Origin: Natronomonas sp.
Lineage (GTDB): Archaea > Halobacteriota > Halobacteria > Halobacteriales > Haloarculaceae
Assembly: GCF_036625485.1 (NCBI RefSeq)
Contig: NZ_JAZKTR010000001.1
Span: 1-61,820 of the forward strand
Direction of reading: 5' to 3'
Length of the DNA stretch: 61,820 nucleotides
Under the pieces are notes generated by a model. It was not told the origin of the DNA and made no database searches. It saw only the letters and a list, made by a program, of their open reading frames with translations. Numbering within the stretch: position 1 is the stretch's first letter; each line of letters opens with the position of its first letter. Position numbers and translations under genes: made by a program. Positions 38,023-46,027 of the stretch are shown here, in pieces.

Positions 38023-38427
38023 ATGCCGGATTCGATGTCCGAACAACTCCAGCGGGACATGGTGTGCGAGGGGCTCCTCGAGTGTTTCCACGGGCTCAAA
38101 CAGCTCGACAAGGAGATCTTTCAGGAGCTCGTCGGGACCGAAGAGCCGCTGACGATCGACGAAATCGCCGAGGAGGTCGACCGCGAACGGTCGACCGCGT
38201 ACCGAGCAGTTCAACGGCTCCTGCAGGCCGGTTTCATCCAGAAGGAGCAGGTGAACTACGATCAGGGTGGGTACTACCACGTCTACAAGCCGACTGACCC
38301 CGCAAAAATTGCTGATAACATGCAGCGGCTCCTCAACGACTGGTACGCCAAGATGGGCCAGCTCATCCAGGAGTTCGAGGCCAAATACGAAGACCAGGAC
38401 ACCTCTGCGCCGTCCCTCGAAAGCTGA
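38023..38427 (+). CDS. Winged HTH transcriptional regulator (TrmB/ArsR-like) with N-terminal Cys pair
   Basis: LTIDEIAEEVDRERSTAYRAVQRL HTH; GGYYHVY wing; CEGLLEC. Confidence 0.88.
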   Translation: MPDSMSEQLQRDMVCEGLLECFHGLKQLDKEIFQELVGTEEPLTIDEIAEEVDRERSTAYRAVQRLLQAGFIQKEQVNYDQGGYYHVYKPTDPAKIADNMQRLLNDWYAKMGQLIQEFEAKYEDQDTSAPSLES

Positions 38428-38511
38428 GCGCTCCGCTCGGCTGAGCTTCTTTCCTTTTCCGCTCCGTTTCTCGACCGACAACGAGACCCGTCTCCACGAC
38501 TTCTTTCATGG

Positions 38512-38532
38512 TATTGTGCATACTGTCCAAAA
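38512..38532. promoter_or_regulatory. TATTG-N11-CAAAA operator (site 7)
   Basis: TATTGTGCATACTGTCCAAAA followed by CTTAATTA upstream of thioredoxin. Confidence 0.7.
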
Positions 38533-38565
38533 CCCTTAATTACCGTCGGTGTCTACGAAGAGGTG

Positions 38566-38925
38566 ATGACAGCAGACACCGCATCCGAGACCAGTACTGA
38601 AGCTCCTACCGAACCTATTCACATCGACGGACAGTCCCACCTCGAAGAGGTCATCGACGACTACGACGTGGTCCTGACGGACTTCTACGCCGACTGGTGT
38701 GGCCCCTGTAAGATGATCGAGCCGACCGTCAAGACGCTCGCCGCCGAGACGGACGCGGCCGTCGCGAAGGTCGACGTCGACGCCAACCAGCAACTCGCCG
38801 CCGCCTTCGGCGTGCAGGGCGTGCCCACGCTGATCCTGTTCGCCGGCGGCGAGCAGGCCGAATCGATCGTCGGCCTGCAGGGCGAAGACCAGCTGCGGTC
38901 GCTCATCCAGCAGTATACCGAATAA
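38566..38925 (+). CDS. trxA: Thioredoxin
   Basis: DFYADWCGPCK, VQGVPT. Confidence 0.93.
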   Translation: MTADTASETSTEAPTEPIHIDGQSHLEEVIDDYDVVLTDFYADWCGPCKMIEPTVKTLAAETDAAVAKVDVDANQQLAAAFGVQGVPTLILFAGGEQAESIVGLQGEDQLRSLIQQYTE

Positions 38926-39951
38926 ATGCACGGCGACGTACAGGATCTCGTCATTGCCGGCTCCGGGGTCGCCGGTCTCTCGGCGGCGGTTTATGCCGCC
39001 CGCGCGGACCTCGACCCCCTCGTCCTCGAGGGCGACGAGCCCGGCGGCCAGCTGACGCTGACCACCGACGTCGAGAACTTCCTCGGGTTCCCCGAGGGCG
39101 TCGGCGGGATGGAACTCATCCAGCGCGGCAAACAGCAGGCCGAGCGCTTCGGGGCGACCTTCGAACACGGCCGCATCGACGCGGCCGACCTCGAGGGCCG
39201 ACCCTTCGAACTCTCGCTGTCGACCGGCGAGACGATTCGCACCCGCGCCCTCGTCGTCGCGACCGGCGCGAGCGCGCGGTGGGTCGGCGCCGAAAACGAG
39301 GAAGCACTGATGGGCTATGGCCTCTCGACGTGTGCGACCTGTGACGGGGCCTTCCACCGCGGCGACGACGTCCTCGTCATCGGTGGCGGCGACAGCGCGA
39401 TGGAAGAGGCGCTCTTCCTCACGCGGTTCGCCGACTCGGTGACGGTCGTCCACCGCCGCGAGGAGTTGCGTGCCTCGGAGATCATGGCCGAGCGCGCTCT
39501 GGACCACGAGGACATCGAGTTCCGCTGGAACACCGAACTGCAGACCATTCACGGCTCGCAGGAGGAGGGTGTCACCGGTGCGACGCTCGTCTCCCACCCC
39601 GACGGCTACCCCAAAGAGAAGGCTGCCGACGGCGTCGACGTCGAGACGGAGACCGTCGACATCGGCGGGGTCTTTTACGGGGTCGGACACACGCCGAACA
39701 CCGGGTTCCTCGAAGGCACCGGCGTCGAACTCGACGCGGACGGTTACATCCTCCCGGAGACCGACGAGAACGGGCGGCCGACCGCCGAAACGGGCGTCGA
39801 CGGCGTCTTCGCCGCCGGCGACGTTGCCGACCCCAACTACCGGCAGGCGATCACCTCTGCCGGCACCGGCAGTATGGCAGCCCTCGACGCCGAGGACTAC
39901 CTCGAATCGATCGAGGAATCGGCAGAACAGACGCTGCAAGCGACGGTCTAA
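38926..39951 (+). CDS. trxB: Thioredoxin reductase
   Basis: GGQLTLT, ATGA, CATCDG, GGGDSA, HRREELR, FAAGDV. Confidence 0.93.
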   Translation: MHGDVQDLVIAGSGVAGLSAAVYAARADLDPLVLEGDEPGGQLTLTTDVENFLGFPEGVGGMELIQRGKQQAERFGATFEHGRIDAADLEGRPFELSLSTGETIRTRALVVATGASARWVGAENEEALMGYGLSTCATCDGAFHRGDDVLVIGGGDSAMEEALFLTRFADSVTVVHRREELRASEIMAERALDHEDIEFRWNTELQTIHGSQEEGVTGATLVSHPDGYPKEKAADGVDVETETVDIGGVFYGVGHTPNTGFLEGTGVELDADGYILPETDENGRPTAETGVDGVFAAGDVADPNYRQAITSAGTGSMAALDAEDYLESIEESAEQTLQATV

Positions 39952-39987
39952 GACGCTTCGACAGTAACCGCCGTTTTTAGTACTTCT

Positions 39988-40335
39988 ATGCCCCCGAAAC
40001 TCCATTCACTCATCGTTCGTGGCCTTCTCGGCGCAACGCTAGCGACATCGCTCGTCGGCGTTGCCACGGCACAGGGCGGCAGTCCTGGCAGCGGCATGAA
40101 CGGTGGGATGGGCGGTGGCATGGGTGGCTTCGGTTGGTGGCCGTTCCTCTCCGTGCTCGTCCTCGTCGCGGTGTTGCTGGCGGTCTACGCTATCGTCGAC
40201 CGGTCCCGCCCCGCCAACGACGGTGACGGAGACGACGATTCGGCGCTTGCGACGCTGCGAGCGCGCTATGCTCGCGGGGAACTCTCCGACGAGGAGTTCG
40301 AACGCCGCCGGCAACGCCTGCAAGACCGCGACTGA
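39988..40335 (+). CDS. SHOCT-domain membrane protein with Gly/Met-rich linker
   Basis: Signal peptide, GMNGGMGGGMGG, TM helix, LRARYARGELSDEEFERRR. Confidence 0.85.
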   Translation: MPPKLHSLIVRGLLGATLATSLVGVATAQGGSPGSGMNGGMGGGMGGFGWWPFLSVLVLVAVLLAVYAIVDRSRPANDGDGDDDSALATLRARYARGELSDEEFERRRQRLQDRD

Positions 40336-40397
40336 CGACTGCTCTTGATTCTCTATTGCCGTTACATACAACAATCGTCCCCGAGTAGACGGTGGCA

Positions 40398-40628
40398 ATG
40401 AGCGAGCAGGACGACGAGTCGGAGACGGCCTCCCGGTGGTCGTTACTCGGCCTCGGCGGCGTCGCGAGTCTCTGTTGTGTGTTCGCGGTGCCGTCGGGTA
40501 CCGCCGCTTTGGGTGGGGCCGCCGCGGCCGGCGGGACCACTGCCGCCCTGGGTGGCGGCCTGATTCGCATCACCGTCGCGGCTCTCGCCGTCGGATTCAT
40601 CGTCGTCGCGTTGCGCCTTCGTGGATAG
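40398..40628 (+). CDS. Small membrane protein with vicinal Cys-Cys
   Basis: GVASLCCV; two hydrophobic segments. Confidence 0.6.
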   Translation: MSEQDDESETASRWSLLGLGGVASLCCVFAVPSGTAALGGAAAAGGTTAALGGGLIRITVAALAVGFIVVALRLRG

Positions 40629-40709
40629 CGGCATCTACAGGCGGCGACAGCGTGTCGATGCCCCCGCTGTGGGGCGAACCCTTATGCAATATTCGCCCAA
40701 TGTAAAGGT

Positions 40710-41849
40710 ATGTTCACTCCCCTCCAGCTTGGTGGTACGGTATTCCCCATCGTCGCGCTGCTGTTGCTCGTCGTGGCGGTGGTGGCGGTCTATCAGGCCG
40801 TCGAGATAGTCAACGCCTACGAGAAGCGGGCGCTGACGGTCTTCGGCGAGTACCGCAAACTCCTCGAACCGGGTATCAACTTCATCCCGCCGTTCGTCTC
40901 GCGAACGTACACCTTCGACATGCGGACCCAGACGCTGGACGTGCCACGGCAGGAAGCCATCACCCGGGACAACTCCCCGGTCACGGCAGACGCCGTCGTC
41001 TACATCAAGGTCATGGACGCCCGGAAGGCGTTCCTCGAGGTCGACGACTACAAGAAGGCCGTCTCGAACCTCGCCCAGACGACGTTGCGGGCGGTGCTGG
41101 GCGACATGGAACTCGACGACACGCTGAACAAGCGACAGGAGATCAACGCCAAGATCCGCAAGGAACTCGACGAACCCACCGACGAGTGGGGTATTCGCGT
41201 CGAGAGCGTCGAGGTCCGCGAGGTCAACCCCTCGAAGGACGTCCAGCAGGCGATGGAACAGCAGACCTCCGCCGAACGGAAGCGCCGCGCCATGATTCTC
41301 GAAGCACAGGGTGAACGGCGCTCCGCCGTCGAGAAGGCCGAGGGTGACAAGCAGTCCAACATCATCCGCGCGCAGGGTGAAAAGCAGAGCCAGATCCTCG
41401 AAGCACAGGGTGACGCCATCAGTACGGTCCTCCGGGCGAAATCCGCCGAGTCGATGGGCGAGCGGGCGGTCATCGAACGCGGGATGGAGACGCTCGAAGA
41501 GATCGGCAAGGGCGAGTCGACGACGTTCGTCATGCCGCAGGAACTCACCTCGCTGATGTCGCGGTACGGCAAGCATCTGACCGGCAGCGACGTGGCGACC
41601 GATGGCGAGATGCTCGAGAGTATGGACTTCGACAGCGAGACGCGCGAACTGCTCGGACTCGACGACATCGAGGAGATACTCGGGCAGATCGAGGAGGAAA
41701 CCGAGATGGACATCGAGGAGATGGAACAGCAGGCCCAGGCCATCAAGGAAGGCGCGGACCCGGCCGACATCAAGGACCCCGACGAGGTCATCGCCGAGAT
41801 GGACGAGGAGATGCCCGAAGGCGAGGACTTCGAGACGGAGAAGGAATAA
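40710..41849 (+). CDS. SPFH/stomatin (band 7) family protein
   Basis: LLEPG, QEAITRDN, AQTTLRAVLG, EWGIRV, AERKRRA. Confidence 0.95.
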   Translation: MFTPLQLGGTVFPIVALLLLVVAVVAVYQAVEIVNAYEKRALTVFGEYRKLLEPGINFIPPFVSRTYTFDMRTQTLDVPRQEAITRDNSPVTADAVVYIKVMDARKAFLEVDDYKKAVSNLAQTTLRAVLGDMELDDTLNKRQEINAKIRKELDEPTDEWGIRVESVEVREVNPSKDVQQAMEQQTSAERKRRAMILEAQGERRSAVEKAEGDKQSNIIRAQGEKQSQILEAQGDAISTVLRAKSAESMGERAVIERGMETLEEIGKGESTTFVMPQELTSLMSRYGKHLTGSDVATDGEMLESMDFDSETRELLGLDDIEEILGQIEEETEMDIEEMEQQAQAIKEGADPADIKDPDEVIAEMDEEMPEGEDFETEKE

Positions 41850-41906
41850 AAACGCCCGGAAGCGGGCGGCGAAGGGGTTTTATTAGCGACTCGCCAAGAA
41901 CCGCCA

Positions 41907-42509
41907 ATGAGCGAGCGGGGTATCGACGAGAGCAAGCGGGCGACGCTCAAGCGCTTCGCGGCGCTTGGAGCGACGACGCCGCTGGTCCGCCTCTCCGGCG
42001 ACGACGGCGACAGCGACGTTCGTGACGCCATCGTCGGCTACCTCGCGACGACGCCCGGCGCCCACTTCTCGAAGCTCCGCGACGACCTGCAACTCGGGAC
42101 GGGCGAGACCCAACATCACCTCCGCCGTCTCGAACACGACGGCACCGTCGAACACCGCAAGGACGGCGAGTACAAACGCTACTTCCCCGCCGACCGCTTC
42201 TCCGAGTTCGAACAGCGTGCCCTCGGCTATCTCCGCCGGGAGACGCCCCGAAAGATGGTGCTTGCGTTGCTCGCCAGCCCCGACGCCTCCGGTGCCGACA
42301 TCGCCGAGACCGCCGACGTCTCGCGGTCGACGGTCTCGAAGTACGCCGCCGAACTCGACGAGGCGGGCCTGCTCTCCCGCGAGGACGGCTACGAGATCCG
42401 GCGGCCGGAGACCCTCCTGACGCTCGTCGTCCGCTATGCTGATTCCTTCGGCGAGGAGGCGATGGCCTTCGCGGGCAACGCCGACGACCTCGTTCGCTAC
42501 GACCCCTGA
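41907..42509 (+). CDS. Double winged-HTH transcriptional regulator
   Basis: PGAHFSKLRDDL...GETQHHL and ADIAE...SRSTVSKY HTH motifs. Confidence 0.85.
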   Translation: MSERGIDESKRATLKRFAALGATTPLVRLSGDDGDSDVRDAIVGYLATTPGAHFSKLRDDLQLGTGETQHHLRRLEHDGTVEHRKDGEYKRYFPADRFSEFEQRALGYLRRETPRKMVLALLASPDASGADIAETADVSRSTVSKYAAELDEAGLLSREDGYEIRRPETLLTLVVRYADSFGEEAMAFAGNADDLVRYDP

Positions 42510-42640
42510 TACGGGTCGTTGTAACGATTTATCCGTCAGTCCGGGGGCCGCGATGACTGGTAAAAGACTACAACGACACGTATGAGTCGGACTCACAACC
42601 CTCCCGAAAACCCTTATTGGACGGCGGCGTCGCCCGTCGT

Positions 42641-43177
42641 ATGCCCGGCCCCGTATTCCTCCAGGGTGACCGACTCGACCTCAGAGTCGCTACCGAAGAC
42701 GACCTGTCGTTCGTGACGAAGTGGCGCAACCACCCCGACGTCCGGCGGTGGATGCCGCGGAGTCGCCCCGAAACGCCCGAGGACACCGAGGAGTTCTACG
42801 ACGGCTTCGTCAAGGGCGAGGACGGTTCCGGCGTCAGTCTCCTCGTTTGCGACGGCGACGAGCCGCTCGGCCTAGCTTCGATGTTCCTCGTCGACGCCGA
42901 CTCCCGACGGGCCCGCCTCGGTGCGTGGCTCAAACCCGACGCCCAGGGCGACGGCTACGGGACGGAGGCCGCCTCGCTGCTGGTCGAATACGCCTTCGAG
43001 GAGCGAGCGCTCCGGAAACTCGTCGCGAACGCCCGTGCGGACAACGACCCCTCGCGTGGTACGCTCGAGAAACTGGGCTTTACACGGGAGGGGCGCCAGC
43101 GAGACCACTACTACATCGACGGCGAGTACGTCGACCGGGTCATCTACGGTCTCTTCGCCGACGAATGGCGTGAATAG
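42641..43177 (+). CDS. GNAT acetyltransferase (RimJ/RimL type)
   Basis: QGDGYGTEA, NDPS...LEKLGF.EG. Confidence 0.9.
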   Translation: MPGPVFLQGDRLDLRVATEDDLSFVTKWRNHPDVRRWMPRSRPETPEDTEEFYDGFVKGEDGSGVSLLVCDGDEPLGLASMFLVDADSRRARLGAWLKPDAQGDGYGTEAASLLVEYAFEERALRKLVANARADNDPSRGTLEKLGFTREGRQRDHYYIDGEYVDRVIYGLFADEWRE

Positions 43178-43308
43178 CCGAGCCTACTGCCGCCACTTAC
43201 GGATCGTTTTAGTCTTTTACCGGTCATCGCCGTCCCGTACTGGCGATGATCGGTAAATCGTTACAACAATCCGTAACTAGCGTTGGCGCTCGATGGAAAA
43301 CGGAGGGG

Positions 43309-43467
43309 TCACTCGGTGCCAGCGAACTCCTCTGCTTCCCACTCCGCTGCTATCTCGCTGGCTAACTCGCGAGGCTCGTGTTCGTTTAGCAAGTGTTCTT
43401 CGATGTCCTCACCTTCCGCCAGTCGTTCATTACACAGGCTACACTGCAGCTTGGGTTTGCTAACCAT
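43309..43467 (-). CDS. 52-aa single C2H2 zinc-finger protein
   Basis: MVSKPKLQCSLCNERLAEGEDIEEHLLNEHEPRELASEIAAEWEAEEFAGTE (C-x2-C-x12-H-x4-H); absent from ORF track. Confidence 0.75.
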   Translation of the reverse strand: MVSKPKLQCSLCNERLAEGEDIEEHLLNEHEPRELASEIAAEWEAEEFAGTE

Positions 43468-43640
43468 GTGGGTGGTTCACACTGGTGGCGGATAAGCCCC
43501 TACACGGGTCACGGTTTGTGGAAAGGAATCGGCACTCGAACCGCAAGTATCGCTCAACGACTAGGTGAGCATCGAGTGATACACGGGCCCGTCTAGAGGG
43601 CTGTTTCGGTAGTGTCCGACCAGCCGAACCGTGGTGCTAT

Positions 43641-43883
43641 CTAAACCGTGACTTTCCACGTCGTGCCCGAGGAGTAGCCCCACTTCTCGACGTCGACATC
43701 GAAATCGCCCTCGCAGATGGCGGTCATGTTGGTGCCGACTTCCTTCGCGGAGAGGCCGAGTTCCTCGCCGATGAGCCGGGACTTGAAGTAGGTCTTCATC
43801 TGTCCCTTCTCGCGGAGATACGAGAGGATCTGCCGCTGTTTGTCCGAGAGGTCGGTCGCCGGTGCCTGAACGGTCGCGCTCAT
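43641..43883 (-). CDS. Small conserved haloarchaeal wHTH-like protein
   Basis: YFKSRLIGEELGLSAKEVG...EKWGYSSGTTW. Confidence 0.82.
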   Translation of the reverse strand: MSATVQAPATDLSDKQRQILSYLREKGQMKTYFKSRLIGEELGLSAKEVGTNMTAICEGDFDVDVEKWGYSSGTTWKVTV

Positions 43884-44129
43884 ATATCTCCCAAGGCGGT
43901 CACCCACAAAAGGCGGTTTGGTACGGTCGGCCAACACACCGCCCTGTTGCGATTCCCTCGGTTAGAGAGGGATGGTGAGCCGTCAGAGCGGGGCGAGATG
44001 GTATGGGTGGGAAATCGGAGACCATGACTTCGGTTGTGGAGATGGTATCCGCGAGCGCCCACCGGACGCGAGTGGTCCGTCCGGAGCAACGCGAGCGCGG
44101 GTTTCGGGCTCTACCCGCAACCGAACCGT

Positions 44130-44152
44130 CGTGGCGGCCGCAGGCCGCCACG
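44130..44152. repeat. GC-rich palindrome shared with the 61763-61785 repeat region
   Basis: CGTGGCGGCCGCAGGCCGCCACG; its reverse complement matches 61763-61785 at 22/23 positions. Confidence 0.55.
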
Positions 44153-44261
44153 CACGGCCACGAGACCCGACGGTAGGAGTGCGAAGTGTCTTTTCATCAA
44201 GTTTTGCCGGGTAGCGAGGGACCGAAGGTCCCTCGGACCGTGCGGACCGCGCAAAACGTTC

Positions 44262-44654
44262 CTATTCGATGATCTCGCCCACCGCGAAGTTCGACTTGAC
44301 TTCGGAGATCTCGACCTTGACGCGCTCGCCGACCTCGCCGCCGGGGACGATGATGACGTAGCCGCGCTCGACGCGGGCGATGCCGTCGCCCTGCTTGCCG
44401 AGGTCCTCGATCTCGACGTAGCGGATCTCGCCTTCCTCGACGGGCGGTTGGGGTTCGTCGGTCGGCGTGTGGCCGGTCGTTTCGGACGTGGGTTCGGCCT
44501 CGCCGTCGCCGGAGATGAGGGCAACGCGGTAGGTGTCGCCGGGGTCGACGGAGCCGGTGTTGATCTCTCGTTTGGGCACTTCGACGACGTAGCGGTCCTC
44601 TTCTTCCTCGACCTCGGCGCTGAACAGACACAGGAGCTTATCGGAGATTTCCAT
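44262..44654 (-). CDS. TRAM-domain protein
   Basis: PPVEEGE...IEDLGKQGDGIARVERGYVIIVPG; start MEISDKLL. Confidence 0.9.
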   Translation of the reverse strand: MEISDKLLCLFSAEVEEEEDRYVVEVPKREINTGSVDPGDTYRVALISGDGEAEPTSETTGHTPTDEPQPPVEEGEIRYVEIEDLGKQGDGIARVERGYVIIVPGGEVGERVKVEISEVKSNFAVGEIIE

Positions 44655-44694
44655 AGACCTTCGGTTCGGAAATGAACGGCCCGATATATAGTAG

Positions 44695-45387
44695 TTACCG
44701 GGGCTCGAGCCGTGTTCCGTCAGGTCGTTTGGCGCCTTCGGAGTCGTGGACGACGACGCCGTCGACGTCGGGGCGGGGTTCGTAGGCGTCTCGGAGGTCG
44801 ATCGCTTCCTCCAGTTCGCGAACGGCGCGTTCCTTGAGCGCGGCGGCGAGGTCCTCGGCCTCCTCGCGGGTGATGTCGCGGCCGAGGCCCTCACACTCGT
44901 GGGCGCGGACCATCCCCTCGCTGTCGACGGCCTCGCCCATCGGCTGGCTGGTGCCGCCAAGGGCGACGCTGAAGGGGTAGGTCCGGCAGACGAGCGGGCG
45001 GCTATCGTGGACGGTGCAGGCGCCGGTGCCGCCCTCGTCCTCCTCGTAGAAGGTGCAGTTGCCGCAATCGTCGGTCCCGATGGCCCACTCGAAGGTCTCG
45101 CCCTCGGGGCCGTCGTCGCCCTCGCTGATGCCGTAGGGCATCGGCCGGGCGACGTCCCGCCAGTCGTATTCCTCGTCGAAGGCGTCCTCGGCGGCGCCCT
45201 GCAGTTCGCGTGCCTCGTCCGGAAAGAGGGTCGCGGTGTGGGGTTCCGGTTCGCCGTCGTCGGTGTCGGCGGCTTTACAGCAGGCGCCACAGCGGGTGCA
45301 CTCGAAGCCGATGGTTTCGATGGCGTCTGCCAGTTCGGCCACGGACAGGTCCTTCGCCTGTTCGAGTTCGGCTTCGAGGCTCTCCAT
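44695..45387 (-). CDS. YkgJ-family cysteine-cluster protein
   Basis: FECTRCGACC, CTFY, CTVH..RPLVCRTYPF, CEGLG. Confidence 0.9.
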   Translation of the reverse strand: MESLEAELEQAKDLSVAELADAIETIGFECTRCGACCKAADTDDGEPEPHTATLFPDEARELQGAAEDAFDEEYDWRDVARPMPYGISEGDDGPEGETFEWAIGTDDCGNCTFYEEDEGGTGACTVHDSRPLVCRTYPFSVALGGTSQPMGEAVDSEGMVRAHECEGLGRDITREEAEDLAAALKERAVRELEEAIDLRDAYEPRPDVDGVVVHDSEGAKRPDGTRLEPR

Positions 45388-45424
45388 GCCCGACCGTTTC
45401 GTGTGCGAACGCAAAAGGGCGCCG

Positions 45425-45958
45425 TTAGGAGAGCTTGTAACTGACGATGTATACCATGATACCGACGGTGTTCAGCGCGAGGCCGAAAATGGAGACGATG
45501 ATCTGCCACGTGTTCGTGGCGTCCCACGTCGCGGGCTCCAGTGGGTCCGGAACGGTAAGGGTCGTCACCGAGTAGATGACGATGAGGACCCCGAGGACGA
45601 ACACGCCGAGAGAGAACGCACGGAGGGTGCTGAGCCACCGGCGGCCATCCGGTCGCTGGATGGGTCGGGGCGGCTCGGTGATCGGGTCGGTCAGGACGAC
45701 GCTCTCCGTTGACCCGCCGTGGACGTGCCCACAGCGTCCGCATTTCGGGGGTGCGTCGTTGATGTGATTGATGCGCATGCTCCCGCATCGGTCGCAGGTC
45801 GGCGAGGTCAGAAACAGGGCGCCGAACGCCAGACACCCGCCGACCAACAGCCCCACGGTACCGAGGAGCCGTCCCTCCATGTACAGGCCGGCCGCCGCCC
45901 CACCGACGACCAGCCCTAACGCTCCTATATATCTCCCCAACCTCACCCACGCACTCAT
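45425..45958 (-). CDS. Membrane protein with central zinc ribbon
   Basis: 2 TM, CDRC...CGRC, then 2 TM. Confidence 0.65.
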   Translation of the reverse strand: MSAWVRLGRYIGALGLVVGGAAAGLYMEGRLLGTVGLLVGGCLAFGALFLTSPTCDRCGSMRINHINDAPPKCGRCGHVHGGSTESVVLTDPITEPPRPIQRPDGRRWLSTLRAFSLGVFVLGVLIVIYSVTTLTVPDPLEPATWDATNTWQIIVSIFGLALNTVGIMVYIVSYKLS

Positions 45959-46027
45959 ACACCTCTCTGTGCGTCGTCCCGACATATTTCTTGGGTGGCT
46001 CCGGGCGATATGAAATCCGAATCGCGG

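Larger units (their letters stand above)
18119..40709. other. Accessory sulfur/thiol-redox gene block between nfeD and SPFH
   Basis: About 30 genes, most tied to sulfur or thiol chemistry, sharing an upstream palindrome; no integrase or direct repeats seen. Confidence 0.65.

Noticed and set aside
40682-40702. TTATG-N11-CAATG upstream of SPFH as an additional operator
   Set aside because: Both halves are mismatched and it coincides with the TATA box; too weak to count.
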